Assembly (NCBI GenBank): GCA_965207065.1
Contig: OZ242260.1
Location: forward strand, 224,001 to 288,000
Origin: a bacterium
GTDB taxonomy: Bacteria > UBA8248
Direction of reading: 5' to 3'
Length of the DNA stretch: 64,000 bases
A model generated the notes under the pieces. The model did no database searches, was not told where the DNA came from, and saw only the letters and a program-made list of their open reading frames with translations. The translations under genes were made by a program, and so were the position numbers. Of this stretch, positions 27,371 to 37,382 are shown in pieces (the stretch's first letter is position 1; every line of letters starts with the position of its first letter).

Positions 27371-29317
27371 ATGTGTGGCGTTGCGGGTTTTCTCTTCACG
27401 CATCTAGAGACGGACGACCCCCGGAGAGTCGTTTCGAGGATGGCGGAGCGCCTGCGCCACCGTGGGCCCGACGACGGGGGAAGCTGGGTCGATGGGGAGG
27501 CGGGCATTGCTTTGGGGCACAGGAGGCTCGCCGTCATCGATTTAAGCGCGGACGGCCGCCAGCCGATGATTTCGCGCGAAGAAAGATACGTCCTCTCCTG
27601 CAACGGGGAAATCTATAATTTCATCGAACTGCGCGATGAGTTGATTCGCGAGGGCGTGCGCTTCAAGGGACGCTCAGACACCGAGGTCCTAATCGCTGCG
27701 GTGGAGACGTGGGGGCTGGAAGCGGCCATCAAGCGATTCGTCGGCATGTTCGCCTTCACCCTTTGGGATCGTTCGGAAAAAACGCTGCATCTAGCGCGTG
27801 ACCGCATGGGCGAAAAGCCCCTCTACTACGGCTGGTGCGGAAAATCCTTTCTATTCGGCTCGGAACTCAAGGCCCTCCGCGCGCACCCTGACTGGGAAGG
27901 CGAAATCTGCACCTGCGCGCTGGCCCTGTACACAAAACTCGGCTGCGTGCCTGCTCCCTATTCCATCTACCGGGGAATTTACAAGCTGCCGCCCGCCTCC
28001 ATCTTGAGCCTGCGCGCCTCGGACGCACCAGGTTTTCTGCCAGAAGCAAGGGCTTATTGGTCCGCCCAAGATGCCGTGAGGCGCGCTTCCGCAGACAAAT
28101 GGGCGCTCTCCGACGATGAAGCGCTTTACAAACTAGAAGAAGTGCTGAAACGCTCCGTACGCCAGATGCTACGCTCCGATGCGCCGCTCGGTGTGTTTCT
28201 CTCAGGCGGAGTCGATTCATCGACAGTGGCAGCCCTGACGAAAGAGGAGAGCGGCGCTCCCGTCAGGACGTTCTCCATCGGATTTCATGAGAAAGGTTAT
28301 GACGAAACACACCATGCGCGTGAGATGGCCCGCCATCTCGAAACCGAGCACACCGAACTCTACGCAGGTCCGAAAGAAGCGCTCGAGGTCATCCCGCGCC
28401 TACCCATGCTCTATGACGAGCCGTTTGCGGACCCGTCCCAGATTCCCACGCACCTGCTGTGCGCACTCACGAGGAAGCACGTGACGGTCGCCCTCTCGGG
28501 CGATGGGGGCGATGAGCTTTTTGGTGGCTACTACCGCCATTTCTGGGCGCCCAGGGTCTGGAAGTGGACTCATCGGCTGCCGCAGTGCGTGAAAACGCAA
28601 ATCGCGATGGGTTTGACCAGGCGGCATCTCGCGCTGGCGCGGTATTATGAAAAAATTTCTCCCCTGCTGCCCAGGCGTTACCAAGTCGAGATGGCCAGGG
28701 AGAAGATCCCGAAGCTGGCGGATATCTTCGGCGCAGCAAGTCTTGATGCGATGTATGAGCGCCTGAGGGCGCACGGGGATGTTTCGGTTTGTCTGCCGGG
28801 GAATCAAAACGTGGAAAAAACCATCGGCCCGATACCAATTCCGCACGGCCTTCATCCCGCCGAGAGGATGATGTACCGCGACATGATGGAATACCTGCCC
28901 GATGATATCCTCGTAAAGGTGGACAGGGCGGGCATGGGAGCGAGCCTCGAGGTGAGAGCACCATACCTGGATCACCGTGTCGTGGAGTTCGCCTGGAGTC
29001 TCCCTCTGCGGCAAAAGCTAAGGGATGGCGAGGGAAAATGGATTTTAAGGCGGTTGTTGTCCCGCTACGTTCCCGGCTCGCTGATCCAAAGGCCTAAAAT
29101 GGGGTTCGCCGTCCCTGTCGGTGAATGGTTGAGAGGACCTCTTCAGGACTGGGCGGAAGATTTATTGGGAGAATCGCGACTCAGGGAAGAGGGATTTTTA
29201 CATGCGGAAACCATTCGCCGGATGTGGATACAGCACTTATCTGGCGCAAGGGACTGGCAATTCGGGCTTTGGAGCGTGTTGATGTTTCAATCCTGGCTGG
29301 ATGAGCAAGAGCGTTGA
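27371..29317 (+). CDS. asnB: Asparagine synthase (glutamine-hydrolysing)-type amidotransferase
   Basis: MCGVAG, HRGPD, NGEIYN, FLSGGVDSS and SGDGGDELFGGY motifs. Confidence 0.93.
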   Translation: MCGVAGFLFTHLETDDPRRVVSRMAERLRHRGPDDGGSWVDGEAGIALGHRRLAVIDLSADGRQPMISREERYVLSCNGEIYNFIELRDELIREGVRFKGRSDTEVLIAAVETWGLEAAIKRFVGMFAFTLWDRSEKTLHLARDRMGEKPLYYGWCGKSFLFGSELKALRAHPDWEGEICTCALALYTKLGCVPAPYSIYRGIYKLPPASILSLRASDAPGFLPEARAYWSAQDAVRRASADKWALSDDEALYKLEEVLKRSVRQMLRSDAPLGVFLSGGVDSSTVAALTKEESGAPVRTFSIGFHEKGYDETHHAREMARHLETEHTELYAGPKEALEVIPRLPMLYDEPFADPSQIPTHLLCALTRKHVTVALSGDGGDELFGGYYRHFWAPRVWKWTHRLPQCVKTQIAMGLTRRHLALARYYEKISPLLPRRYQVEMAREKIPKLADIFGAASLDAMYERLRAHGDVSVCLPGNQNVEKTIGPIPIPHGLHPAERMMYRDMMEYLPDDILVKVDRAGMGASLEVRAPYLDHRVVEFAWSLPLRQKLRDGEGKWILRRLLSRYVPGSLIQRPKMGFAVPVGEWLRGPLQDWAEDLLGESRLREEGFLHAETIRRMWIQHLSGARDWQFGLWSVLMFQSWLDEQER

Positions 29318-30491
29318 GATGAGTAATACCTTACTTCTTCTGGACCTGGAGGACAGATACTTCTTGAGCCACAGGCGCGCGCTCGCGCTGGCGGCAAGGG
29401 ATGCGGGATACCGCGTCGTCGTATGCGTGAGAATCGGCGGAAATTACATGGAACAGATACAAACGGAGGGTTTCGAATGTATCGATTTGGGAATTAAAAA
29501 CAGGGCGGGGATCAATATTTGGAGCGAATTTCTGGCTCTTCTCAAACTCTTTCGCGTCTACCGGAAGTACCGTCCCCGAATCGCCCACCATTTCGGTGTG
29601 AGAAACCTGCTTCACGGAACACTCGCCGCGCGACTGGCAAAAACGCCTTTCGTCATGAATTCGTTTCTGGGACAGGGCTCGCTGTTTTCTGAAAAATCGC
29701 TGAAATTCCGTTGCCTGAAGAAAATCGTATTGTCCATGCTGCGATATCTCCACCGAAGGAAGAACACCCGTGTAATCGTGCAAAACGACTCCGATAAGGA
29801 GATGGTTCTCCAGAACGTGCTACCCGATGAATCACGTCTGAGTGTCGTTCTCGGCTCGGGCGTAAACGTCCAATCCTTTTATCCTGCACCGGAGCCCCCG
29901 GGCACGCCCTTGGCGGTGCTCGCTTCCCGGATGCTCGATGAAAAAGGGGTGTATGAATTTGCAGAGGCGGCGGTCCTGCTGAAAGAAGAAGGCATAAAAA
30001 TTCGCATGGTGCTGGTGGGAAGCCCGGACCCCAAGAATCCATCGTCCATTCCCGAATCCACGCTTTCTCGGTGGCACCGGGAGGCCCGAGTCGAATGGTG
30101 GGGCTACAGGGAGGACATGGCCGAGGTCTGGAGAAGCTCTCACATCGCCGTCTTGCCGACGTATTACAAAGAGGGGCTCCCGAGAAGCTTGCTGGAAGCC
30201 GCGGCATGCGCGCGCCCGCTGGTGGCCACGGATGTTCCCGGCTGCCAGGATATTCTGAAGGACCGGGTGAACGGACTAAGCGTCTTTCCCCGTGACGCCA
30301 GGAGTCTGGCCGACGCCATCGGGAAGCTGGCGCAGAACTCTAGCTTGAGGCGAAGAATGGGCGAAGCGGGGCGGAGGATTGTGGAGCAGGAGTTTTCCGA
30401 TAAAATCGTGACTGAAAAAATCCTGGAACTCTATGAGCGTATGGGCGGAGCCGAAGTGAAACCGGGGAAGAATCAAGCGCAACTCACGTAG
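29301..30491 (+). CDS. Glycosyltransferase family 4
   Basis: SHR..LA, GSGV, SRML..KG and EGLPRSLLEAAA motifs. Confidence 0.92.
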   Translation: MSKSVEMSNTLLLLDLEDRYFLSHRRALALAARDAGYRVVVCVRIGGNYMEQIQTEGFECIDLGIKNRAGINIWSEFLALLKLFRVYRKYRPRIAHHFGVRNLLHGTLAARLAKTPFVMNSFLGQGSLFSEKSLKFRCLKKIVLSMLRYLHRRKNTRVIVQNDSDKEMVLQNVLPDESRLSVVLGSGVNVQSFYPAPEPPGTPLAVLASRMLDEKGVYEFAEAAVLLKEEGIKIRMVLVGSPDPKNPSSIPESTLSRWHREARVEWWGYREDMAEVWRSSHIAVLPTYYKEGLPRSLLEAAACARPLVATDVPGCQDILKDRVNGLSVFPRDARSLADAIGKLAQNSSLRRRMGEAGRRIVEQEFSDKIVTEKILELYERMGGAEVKPGKNQAQLT

Positions 30492-30537
30492 AATTCCGTA
30501 TGAGGGATACCAGGCTCCCGCAAACGGCGCCGAGAGC

Positions 30538-31224
30538 CTAGGCGCGTTGCCGCCGGACGCGCAAGAGGGTGAGTATCGTCAGGAATACTACCTGCAAATC
30601 CATCCAGAACGAGTAGTTCAGAATATAGTATAAATCATGCTCCAGCTTGATTCTATATTCTTCAATCTGGTCGACGTGGCCTTGCTTGATCTGCGCCCAT
30701 CCCGTGATTCCCGCCGGAACGAGCTCGCGATACTCGAATTCCGGGTAGTGCTTCTTGGCAATCTCCAGCGTCTTGATGTATTCCGCCCTCGGACCGACGA
30801 TGCTCATATCCCCTTTGATGACGTTCCAGAGTTGGGGAAACTCATCGAGGTGATACCGGCGCAGAAAACGCCCGAATGGATAGATTCTCGGGTCGTTTTC
30901 CTTCGTGGACATGGTTCCCGGCGGTTGATCGGCATTCGCGCGCATGGTCCGGAATTTATAGAGCGTGAACAATATCCCACCCTGCGTGACGCGGGCCTGG
31001 GAATAAAATATCGACCCCTCGCTCGCGAGCTTGATCAGGATGGCGATTAGGAGGCCAAAAGGGGCGAACAAGACCAGAACCGTTATGCTGAACCCCAAAT
31101 CAAACGCGCGTTTGCATAGATACTGACGCCGGCTCAAGACCCAACCGCTCTTCAGGGCGGATAATTTCCCGCTACCGGAAATGGATTCCAAAGGAACGCG
31201 GCCTTCCATAAGAGAACTCAACAC
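30538..31224 (-). CDS. Bacterial sugar transferase (priming phosphoglycosyl transferase)
   Basis: KRAFD, KFRTM, LDEFPQLWNVIKGDMSIVGPR and GITGWAQ motifs. Confidence 0.92.
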   Translation of the reverse strand: MLSSLMEGRVPLESISGSGKLSALKSGWVLSRRQYLCKRAFDLGFSITVLVLFAPFGLLIAILIKLASEGSIFYSQARVTQGGILFTLYKFRTMRANADQPPGTMSTKENDPRIYPFGRFLRRYHLDEFPQLWNVIKGDMSIVGPRAEYIKTLEIAKKHYPEFEYRELVPAGITGWAQIKQGHVDQIEEYRIKLEHDLYYILNYSFWMDLQVVFLTILTLLRVRRQRA

Positions 31225-31641
31225 ATTTCACGAGCGCTTAGAACTCGATACGAAGAATGAGAACGCAAAGTTCTGGCGTTTGCTATTTTTCGCTTTACAT
31301 TCAAGCCGGATTCCCTTATATTCGAATGAATAGCGAAAATACAACGAAAATATTGTCGCACGACCGAGACAACATTCATATTCCACCATGAGAGCAGAAA
31401 ATTCGATATGGCTTCATGCAAATTCCGACTTGGAGACAGCCGCCATCTATTCTGCGAGCAGCCCGTGAATCTTCGCGCATGAATTGTATGCCAACAGGCA
31501 TGTTGTGAGGAAAACCCAAGATTGTCAACTCATAAGCGAAGCAAAAGAAATTTGAGGCACATACATTTTTACCGATCTTGAAAGTGTGAGATTTTCGGTC
31601 CCTTTCAAGAAAATCTCCGCTTCCTGGAGGCTATTTTTTTC

Positions 31642-33093
31642 GTGATGAACCCTTCGCTCTTGGCATATGGCGCCATGACCGTAGGCGCTGCCGCAATCAT
31701 CTGGACAAGCTTGTACAACCTCGGAGCCGCGGGTGCGTTGTTCTTGTTCCTGAATCCACTCGTGAACATCGAGGTCGCATTCTACGATACGGGAAGAAGC
31801 ATCTCATACGACAAAATGGCGCTCCTGGCCCTGGCCTCAGGCTTCGCGCTGCATGTGCTGAAATACAAAAAATCTGTTCGCTTAAAGAGCCAACCGATTT
31901 TTTGCTATATCTGGCTCGCCTACATCGTCTGGAGTCTCATTGCGGCATGGCTGAGCGGCGCTCCCTTGAAACAACAATTCTGGGGCCTCGCCGAAACAAT
32001 CGCCTATTTCATCGCTTTCCTCGTTTTTCAGGATATTTGCGAGGACGAAACCGCACGCAATCATATCTTGAAAGCCATCCTCTACGGCGGCGTCATCTTG
32101 CTGACGGTGGTATTACTCCAGAATCTGGCCTATCAGGTCATATGGAAAACCTGGGGGCCGCACCAAATCTTCCGCGCCGATTTGTTGTATTCGCAATTCC
32201 CCCGGATGTTCTTTGACTCCCGGCCCGGCCCGATCGGGCATCCGAATTTTCTCGCCGCCTACCTGATCCTGTGGACCACGCTCTATCCGCTGCTCTACCG
32301 CACGTTCTTACGTCCGGCGGCGGTCGCCATCCTCGCTGCGCACCTCATCGCATTGGCGTTGACGGGTAGCTATGGAGGAGTCCTGGGCTTCGCCATTTGC
32401 TGCTCGGTTGTTTTTTATTTAACGAACCCAAGCCCCACGAACATGACTTCCGGCCGCATCTCCTTCACCGACAGCCGTCTCCTCCGGCTTTTCCTGGCCG
32501 CTTTCCTGATCCTGTCGATTGGCACCGTCGCGGTAAATGACGAAGACTTCATGGACCTCTCGCTGCTCCCCAGAATCTATATCTATCGCGTCGGCGGAAA
32601 AATGCTCGCAGACCGCCCCCTGGCGGGCCATGGAAACGGCCTCTTCCCCCAGGCGTTTCAGAAAAGCGAGAGCGCTTACATAAACCACGAGGGACTGAAA
32701 GCACCGTCCTGGCGAGTGAAGGATCACGATTCAGCGAGAGCGAGCAAGCCCCTGGGCCGGAAAAAGGAGCTCTCCACTCGCAGGGATGAATATCTCCCGC
32801 CGCTTTCGGCCCATTCCTCTTATCTCAAAGCCTTCGTCGAATCGGGCTTTCCGGGAGGCTTTCTGTTCCTGTGCCTGATTGCCGGAGGACTCATCGAGGT
32901 GTTTCTTCACTTGAGGAAAACGGGGCGGCTTTCGATGCGCTCACCCGAAGCCTGGGGGTGGGCCGCCTGCATCGGCGTATGTTTTCAGGCTGGAGCCGAG
33001 AACATCTTCTCGTCTCCCAAAATTTCCGTTCTCTACTGGGCCATCACGGCGTACTGCCTGACGGCGAAATCCTCACGATCGAAAAGCCCCTAA
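31642..33093 (+). CDS. O-antigen ligase family membrane protein
   Basis: Multiple TM helices; GHPNFLA, LTGSYGG, PLAGHGNG and AHSSYL...ESG motifs. Confidence 0.8.
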   Translation: MMNPSLLAYGAMTVGAAAIIWTSLYNLGAAGALFLFLNPLVNIEVAFYDTGRSISYDKMALLALASGFALHVLKYKKSVRLKSQPIFCYIWLAYIVWSLIAAWLSGAPLKQQFWGLAETIAYFIAFLVFQDICEDETARNHILKAILYGGVILLTVVLLQNLAYQVIWKTWGPHQIFRADLLYSQFPRMFFDSRPGPIGHPNFLAAYLILWTTLYPLLYRTFLRPAAVAILAAHLIALALTGSYGGVLGFAICCSVVFYLTNPSPTNMTSGRISFTDSRLLRLFLAAFLILSIGTVAVNDEDFMDLSLLPRIYIYRVGGKMLADRPLAGHGNGLFPQAFQKSESAYINHEGLKAPSWRVKDHDSARASKPLGRKKELSTRRDEYLPPLSAHSSYLKAFVESGFPGGFLFLCLIAGGLIEVFLHLRKTGRLSMRSPEAWGWAACIGVCFQAGAENIFSSPKISVLYWAITAYCLTAKSSRSKSP

Positions 33094-34492
33094 AAGGACC
33101 TGCCAGAACTTCACGATACAGACAGCGGACGAAATGGAGCAGGATGGCGAACAGCCAGTAGGGGTAAAAATGGGCCGTGGTAGAAACGGCTAAAAACAAG
33201 GCAGCGACAGTGGAGAAGATGACGGCGAAAGGCATCACGAGGCAGAGTGAACCCTTATGCGGCGGCAATCGCATGATTCTGAAAAAATACCTCGCGCCAG
33301 TGATGAGCATGACTATTACCAGGACGAGTCCCAGCAATCCCAAATCCACGACAAAATTCATCGGCAGGCTGTGGAGCGAAACCGGTGCGCTCTTTCTCGG
33401 GTTTTCCTGAAACAAATCCGAAGTCGACCACCCCCGGATACCCGATTCATACCGGGTGATGTCGCCATAAAAGTACCCGGAGAACGTGGCCGGCGTATCT
33501 TTGGAGTACCCATACAAAAATCCCTGCCGCGGCCCGCCCCCCAGGAAGGGCCGCGCAATAAACACGTCCGCCACCCGCGCGTACTGAAAGAGCCGCTCCT
33601 TGACGCTCATCGAGAGATTCGATGCCTCAACGAACTCTCCCCGCACCCAAGTCCCCACCATCACGGAGACGCCGATGCACGCGAGGAAAACCGATACCGT
33701 GAGACAAGAAACGAAAAAAGACTTCATCTTCCCCTTCACGTCCGGGCGTCTTCTGAACTTCATGAAAAAGAGAATTAAAAGGAATGCGCCCAGGAAGAGC
33801 ATGAAAATCGGAACTCTGCGCCATGTAGAAAACACCAGTAGAATTCCGGCAAGCGACGCGAACAGATAGAACCAGCCGCCTCTTCTCCAGAAGAAATAAA
33901 AGGCGACTCCCGCCAGTATCAGCCCGAGCCTGCTGGCGACGATGTGGTGCCGGACGAACATGCCGAGAAAAAACCGTCCCTCATGATTGAGCGAATACGG
34001 ATTGGGGATGCGGAAATAATAGAAGAGAATGCTCTCGACACCCATCGCCAAGGCGACCCAGAACACACACCTGAGCGCGCCCTCGGACTCCTCTCTCCTC
34101 CACCGGTTGTTATGAACCAGATACCATACGAGCATGCCGTCGGCGTAGGGCACGGCGCCGGCCAGAATCCGGTAGAGGGGCACGGACGTCATTATGGGGT
34201 CATCCTGCATGTAGCCGAGGGAAATCCCCGCCCAGAAAATCACCCAGAACCAAACAGTGGTTACGGCGAACCAAAACGTGGGTTTTCGAGCACCGTACCG
34301 AATGACCTCTACCGCCCATGCGCCGCACAGCAACACAAAAAGGAGCACGTAGACCTTATAAGGACCCACGAATTGACCCGGGAAGTAGGGAACGCGTTCC
34401 CACGGGATGAGAAAATATACCGCATGCAGACGAATGACCGAGTTGGTGAGTTGATGAGAAGAGGGGTTTGACGCCGCGCGCTCCACGCTCAA
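33044..34492 (-). CDS. O-antigen ligase / polymerase-like membrane protein
   Basis: Multiple TM helices; STWRR, ER...RPFLGGG and LHS....VDLGLLG motifs. Confidence 0.7.
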   Translation of the reverse strand: MSVERAASNPSSHQLTNSVIRLHAVYFLIPWERVPYFPGQFVGPYKVYVLLFVLLCGAWAVEVIRYGARKPTFWFAVTTVWFWVIFWAGISLGYMQDDPIMTSVPLYRILAGAVPYADGMLVWYLVHNNRWRREESEGALRCVFWVALAMGVESILFYYFRIPNPYSLNHEGRFFLGMFVRHHIVASRLGLILAGVAFYFFWRRGGWFYLFASLAGILLVFSTWRRVPIFMLFLGAFLLILFFMKFRRRPDVKGKMKSFFVSCLTVSVFLACIGVSVMVGTWVRGEFVEASNLSMSVKERLFQYARVADVFIARPFLGGGPRQGFLYGYSKDTPATFSGYFYGDITRYESGIRGWSTSDLFQENPRKSAPVSLHSLPMNFVVDLGLLGLVLVIVMLITGARYFFRIMRLPPHKGSLCLVMPFAVIFSTVAALFLAVSTTAHFYPYWLFAILLHFVRCLYREVLAGPFRGFSIVRISPSGSTP

Positions 34493-34498
34493 GGAAAA

Positions 34499-35320
34499 CT
34501 ACTCCCGCGCGCCCGGCCGTCTGGAAAAATAGCCTCTCTTCACCCACATGCGCACCTTGTGCGGCAACATGCGATACGCAAACCATAGCGGCAAAAGCGC
34601 ATGATATACGAGTCCACCCCCCAGGGCGCGAATCGCTCTTCTTTGCAGCACAACACCATCGAACACATAGCGAAGCCTGGCGCCACGTTCGAAGAATTGT
34701 CTCGCATGGATTCTTTTCGCCGCCACGGGCGCCTTCAAGGAACCGAGTCTCAACCCGTTTTCATATAATCGGACGTACAGGTCCCAATCGAGTTGGCTGG
34801 CGCGGCTCTCGTCGTAGCCTCGAATCTTCTCCATCACATCTCTTCTCACAAACAACGACGTGTGAACCACGGGATTAAAAAGCATGAGTTTTTTCCTCAC
34901 GTCGTTCAGCGAAGTCCTGGCCTTTTCCAGTTCGAATCCGGGCCAATGGGGAACATCTTCGGCATAAAAAGCGTACAGGGGAGATACGACCGCGGAATAA
35001 CCGGGGAAACGCCGCATCGCCGCTTTTTGAATTTCAAATCTCCTAGGATGTGACAAATCGTCGGCGTCATGGCGGGCGATAAATTCACCTCTGCTCTCGC
35101 GCACCCCGAGGTTGAGTGCTCTTGCAAGTCCGATTCTTCCCGCCTCTATGAGGCGAATTCGGGAATCGCAAAATTGCTTGACGATGCGAATCGTATCGTC
35201 CGTGGAACCATCGTCGATAATGATGCACTCAAAATCAGGATCCGTCTGCGCGAGTATGCTCTTCACAGCGTCGACGATGTAGTCCTGTGCGTTGTAAGAC
35301 GTCATCAAAACGCTTATCAC
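34499..35320 (-). CDS. Glycosyltransferase family 2
   Basis: ISVLMTSYN, DDGSTD and ARHDADD motifs. Confidence 0.92.
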   Translation of the reverse strand: MISVLMTSYNAQDYIVDAVKSILAQTDPDFECIIIDDGSTDDTIRIVKQFCDSRIRLIEAGRIGLARALNLGVRESRGEFIARHDADDLSHPRRFEIQKAAMRRFPGYSAVVSPLYAFYAEDVPHWPGFELEKARTSLNDVRKKLMLFNPVVHTSLFVRRDVMEKIRGYDESRASQLDWDLYVRLYENGLRLGSLKAPVAAKRIHARQFFERGARLRYVFDGVVLQRRAIRALGGGLVYHALLPLWFAYRMLPHKVRMWVKRGYFSRRPGARE

Positions 35321-35341
35321 TTCGAATTCCTCTCTCCTGCA

Positions 35342-37267
35342 TCAAGTGTCCGCCGAGTGTCGGGCGTCCAGCATCTCCCGAAACCAAAGCTCCAAAACAG
35401 ACAGAAACCAGATAAGAGGGTAGGCGGACCTCCCTTCCAGGAAACGGGCGTACAGCCTGCGCACCTCTTTGGGCGAGAAAATCCCTCTTCGTCGAAGCGA
35501 CTCCTCACTCAGCGCGTCTTCGAGGATTTCTCGCAATTCCCCCCTCATCCAATTCGCCATCGGAAGGGCGAAGCCCTGCTTTTTTCTGCCTGAAATCCCA
35601 GCGGGAATTACGTCGCGAAGTGAAGCCTCGAGCAATCTCTTCGGGTGCCCCCATCTTCTCTCCCAGCCAGGCGGCAGGCCACAGACGAATTCCACGACAT
35701 GATGATCGACGAACGGCACCCGCACTTCCAGGGAATGAGCCATGCTCATCGTGTCGGTATCCCGCAAGGTTCTCCATCCCATATACACCTGCATTTCGAG
35801 TTCGCTCAGAACGCTCCAGGGTCTCTCGCCGACACGGACCAACGACTCGAGCATCGCCAAAATTTTTGTATCCACTTTGCGCTCGCGAAAGTAGGCCTGA
35901 AGTTGTGGGGTATACAAAGCCCTTTTCTCCTCGGGCCACAACAAAAAACGCGCCAGGGCGTACAATCCCAGCGGCGATTTCACCCATTGCAGCCGAAGAA
36001 ATTTTTCGATGCGCTCTGGAGGCATATTCGGGCTGCGTTGGAGCATCAGCGAGACAAGAGTCACGAGGGTTTTTCTCGCCTTCAAAGGCAACTTTCCCCA
36101 CGTGGTCGAAATTCGCCAACAAGGCGGTATCAGACGAAAAGAGTCGTAGCCGCCGAAAAGCTCATCCGCGCCGAGACCGGACAAAGCGACGGTAACGCCA
36201 TTTTGCTTGGCTATCTGAGATACGAGATAGGTATTGACTCCATCAAAGCTGGGCTGATCCAGGTGCCGTATAATCCGGGGAAGTTCCTCCACTAATTTCG
36301 AGCCTTTCAGCACGAATTCGGTGTGGTGCGTTGAGAAGGATTGGGCGGCCGTTCTCGCATGTCGCCTCTCGTCGTACACTTCCGGAGCGTCATCGAAACC
36401 GACCGAATAGGTTCTTACGGGTTTGTCCGACTGATGCGACATCAATCCCGCAATCGCCGAAGAATCCAGGCCGCCACTTAAAAAAACCCCCAGGGGGACA
36501 TCGCTTATCATGTGGAGTTCGACGCTTTCCTCTAGCAGACTTCGCAGACGGGGGACTATTTCCTTCTCGGCGCATCGCGTCGCTCCGGCCATCGGCATAT
36601 CCCACCATCGCTCGATGGATGCCTCCCTCTCCGTGATGTGCAACCGGTGTCCCGGCGGCAAAGCCTTTACGCCTTTCAATAGCGTGCGTGGGCCGGGAAC
36701 ATAGCCCAGAGAAAGGCTGAGGTCGAGAGAATGCAGGTCCAGTTCGGGGCGAATAACGCCGCTTCTCACCAACGCCCCCAACTCCGAGGCGAACGCCCAT
36801 CCACCCGCAATCGGCGCGTAATACAAAGGCTTGACGCCAAGCCGGTCGCGGGTCAAAAGCAAGACCCTTCGACCGGCGTCCACGATGGCGAATGCGAACA
36901 TGCCTCTCAAAAAACGGGCGCACTCATCTCCTTCTTCCTCGTAAAGGCGCAGAAGAACCTCCGTGTCGGAGCGCGATCTGAAAGCGTGGCCACCACCCGC
37001 CAGAGCTTCCCTCAACCGTCTGAAATTATAGATTTCACCGTTCAATGCGACGCAGATCCTCCCATCTTTGCTGGTCATAGGCTGTTTCGCCGCTGAACTC
37101 GGATCGATGACGCTCAGACGTCTCACACCGATGCAGGTCGTACCGAAACGCCAAAACCCCGCATCGTCGGGTCCGCGATGCGTCATCGCACCACACATCC
37201 TCGCAACCCCCTCTTCTATCGAAGATAAAGAGAGTTCGGTCGAAGTAATCCCACAGATTCCGCACAT
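35342..37267 (-). CDS. asnB: Asparagine synthase-type amidotransferase (second copy)
   Basis: Start moved to MCGICG (ATG 37267), because the Ntn Cys must be residue 2; HRGPD, NGEIYN and FLSGGLDSS motifs. Confidence 0.92.
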   Translation of the reverse strand: MCGICGITSTELSLSSIEEGVARMCGAMTHRGPDDAGFWRFGTTCIGVRRLSVIDPSSAAKQPMTSKDGRICVALNGEIYNFRRLREALAGGGHAFRSRSDTEVLLRLYEEEGDECARFLRGMFAFAIVDAGRRVLLLTRDRLGVKPLYYAPIAGGWAFASELGALVRSGVIRPELDLHSLDLSLSLGYVPGPRTLLKGVKALPPGHRLHITEREASIERWWDMPMAGATRCAEKEIVPRLRSLLEESVELHMISDVPLGVFLSGGLDSSAIAGLMSHQSDKPVRTYSVGFDDAPEVYDERRHARTAAQSFSTHHTEFVLKGSKLVEELPRIIRHLDQPSFDGVNTYLVSQIAKQNGVTVALSGLGADELFGGYDSFRLIPPCWRISTTWGKLPLKARKTLVTLVSLMLQRSPNMPPERIEKFLRLQWVKSPLGLYALARFLLWPEEKRALYTPQLQAYFRERKVDTKILAMLESLVRVGERPWSVLSELEMQVYMGWRTLRDTDTMSMAHSLEVRVPFVDHHVVEFVCGLPPGWERRWGHPKRLLEASLRDVIPAGISGRKKQGFALPMANWMRGELREILEDALSEESLRRRGIFSPKEVRRLYARFLEGRSAYPLIWFLSVLELWFREMLDARHSADT

Positions 37268-37382
37268 ATTTCTCACCAAGCCATCTTTTTGCCGTTTAAT
37301 AACAACCATCTCGCCAATGTAGCGGCGAGAGACCTCGAACCCGACGAGAACCGGTGCGGCCGGGACATTTCGTTCAGCCGCT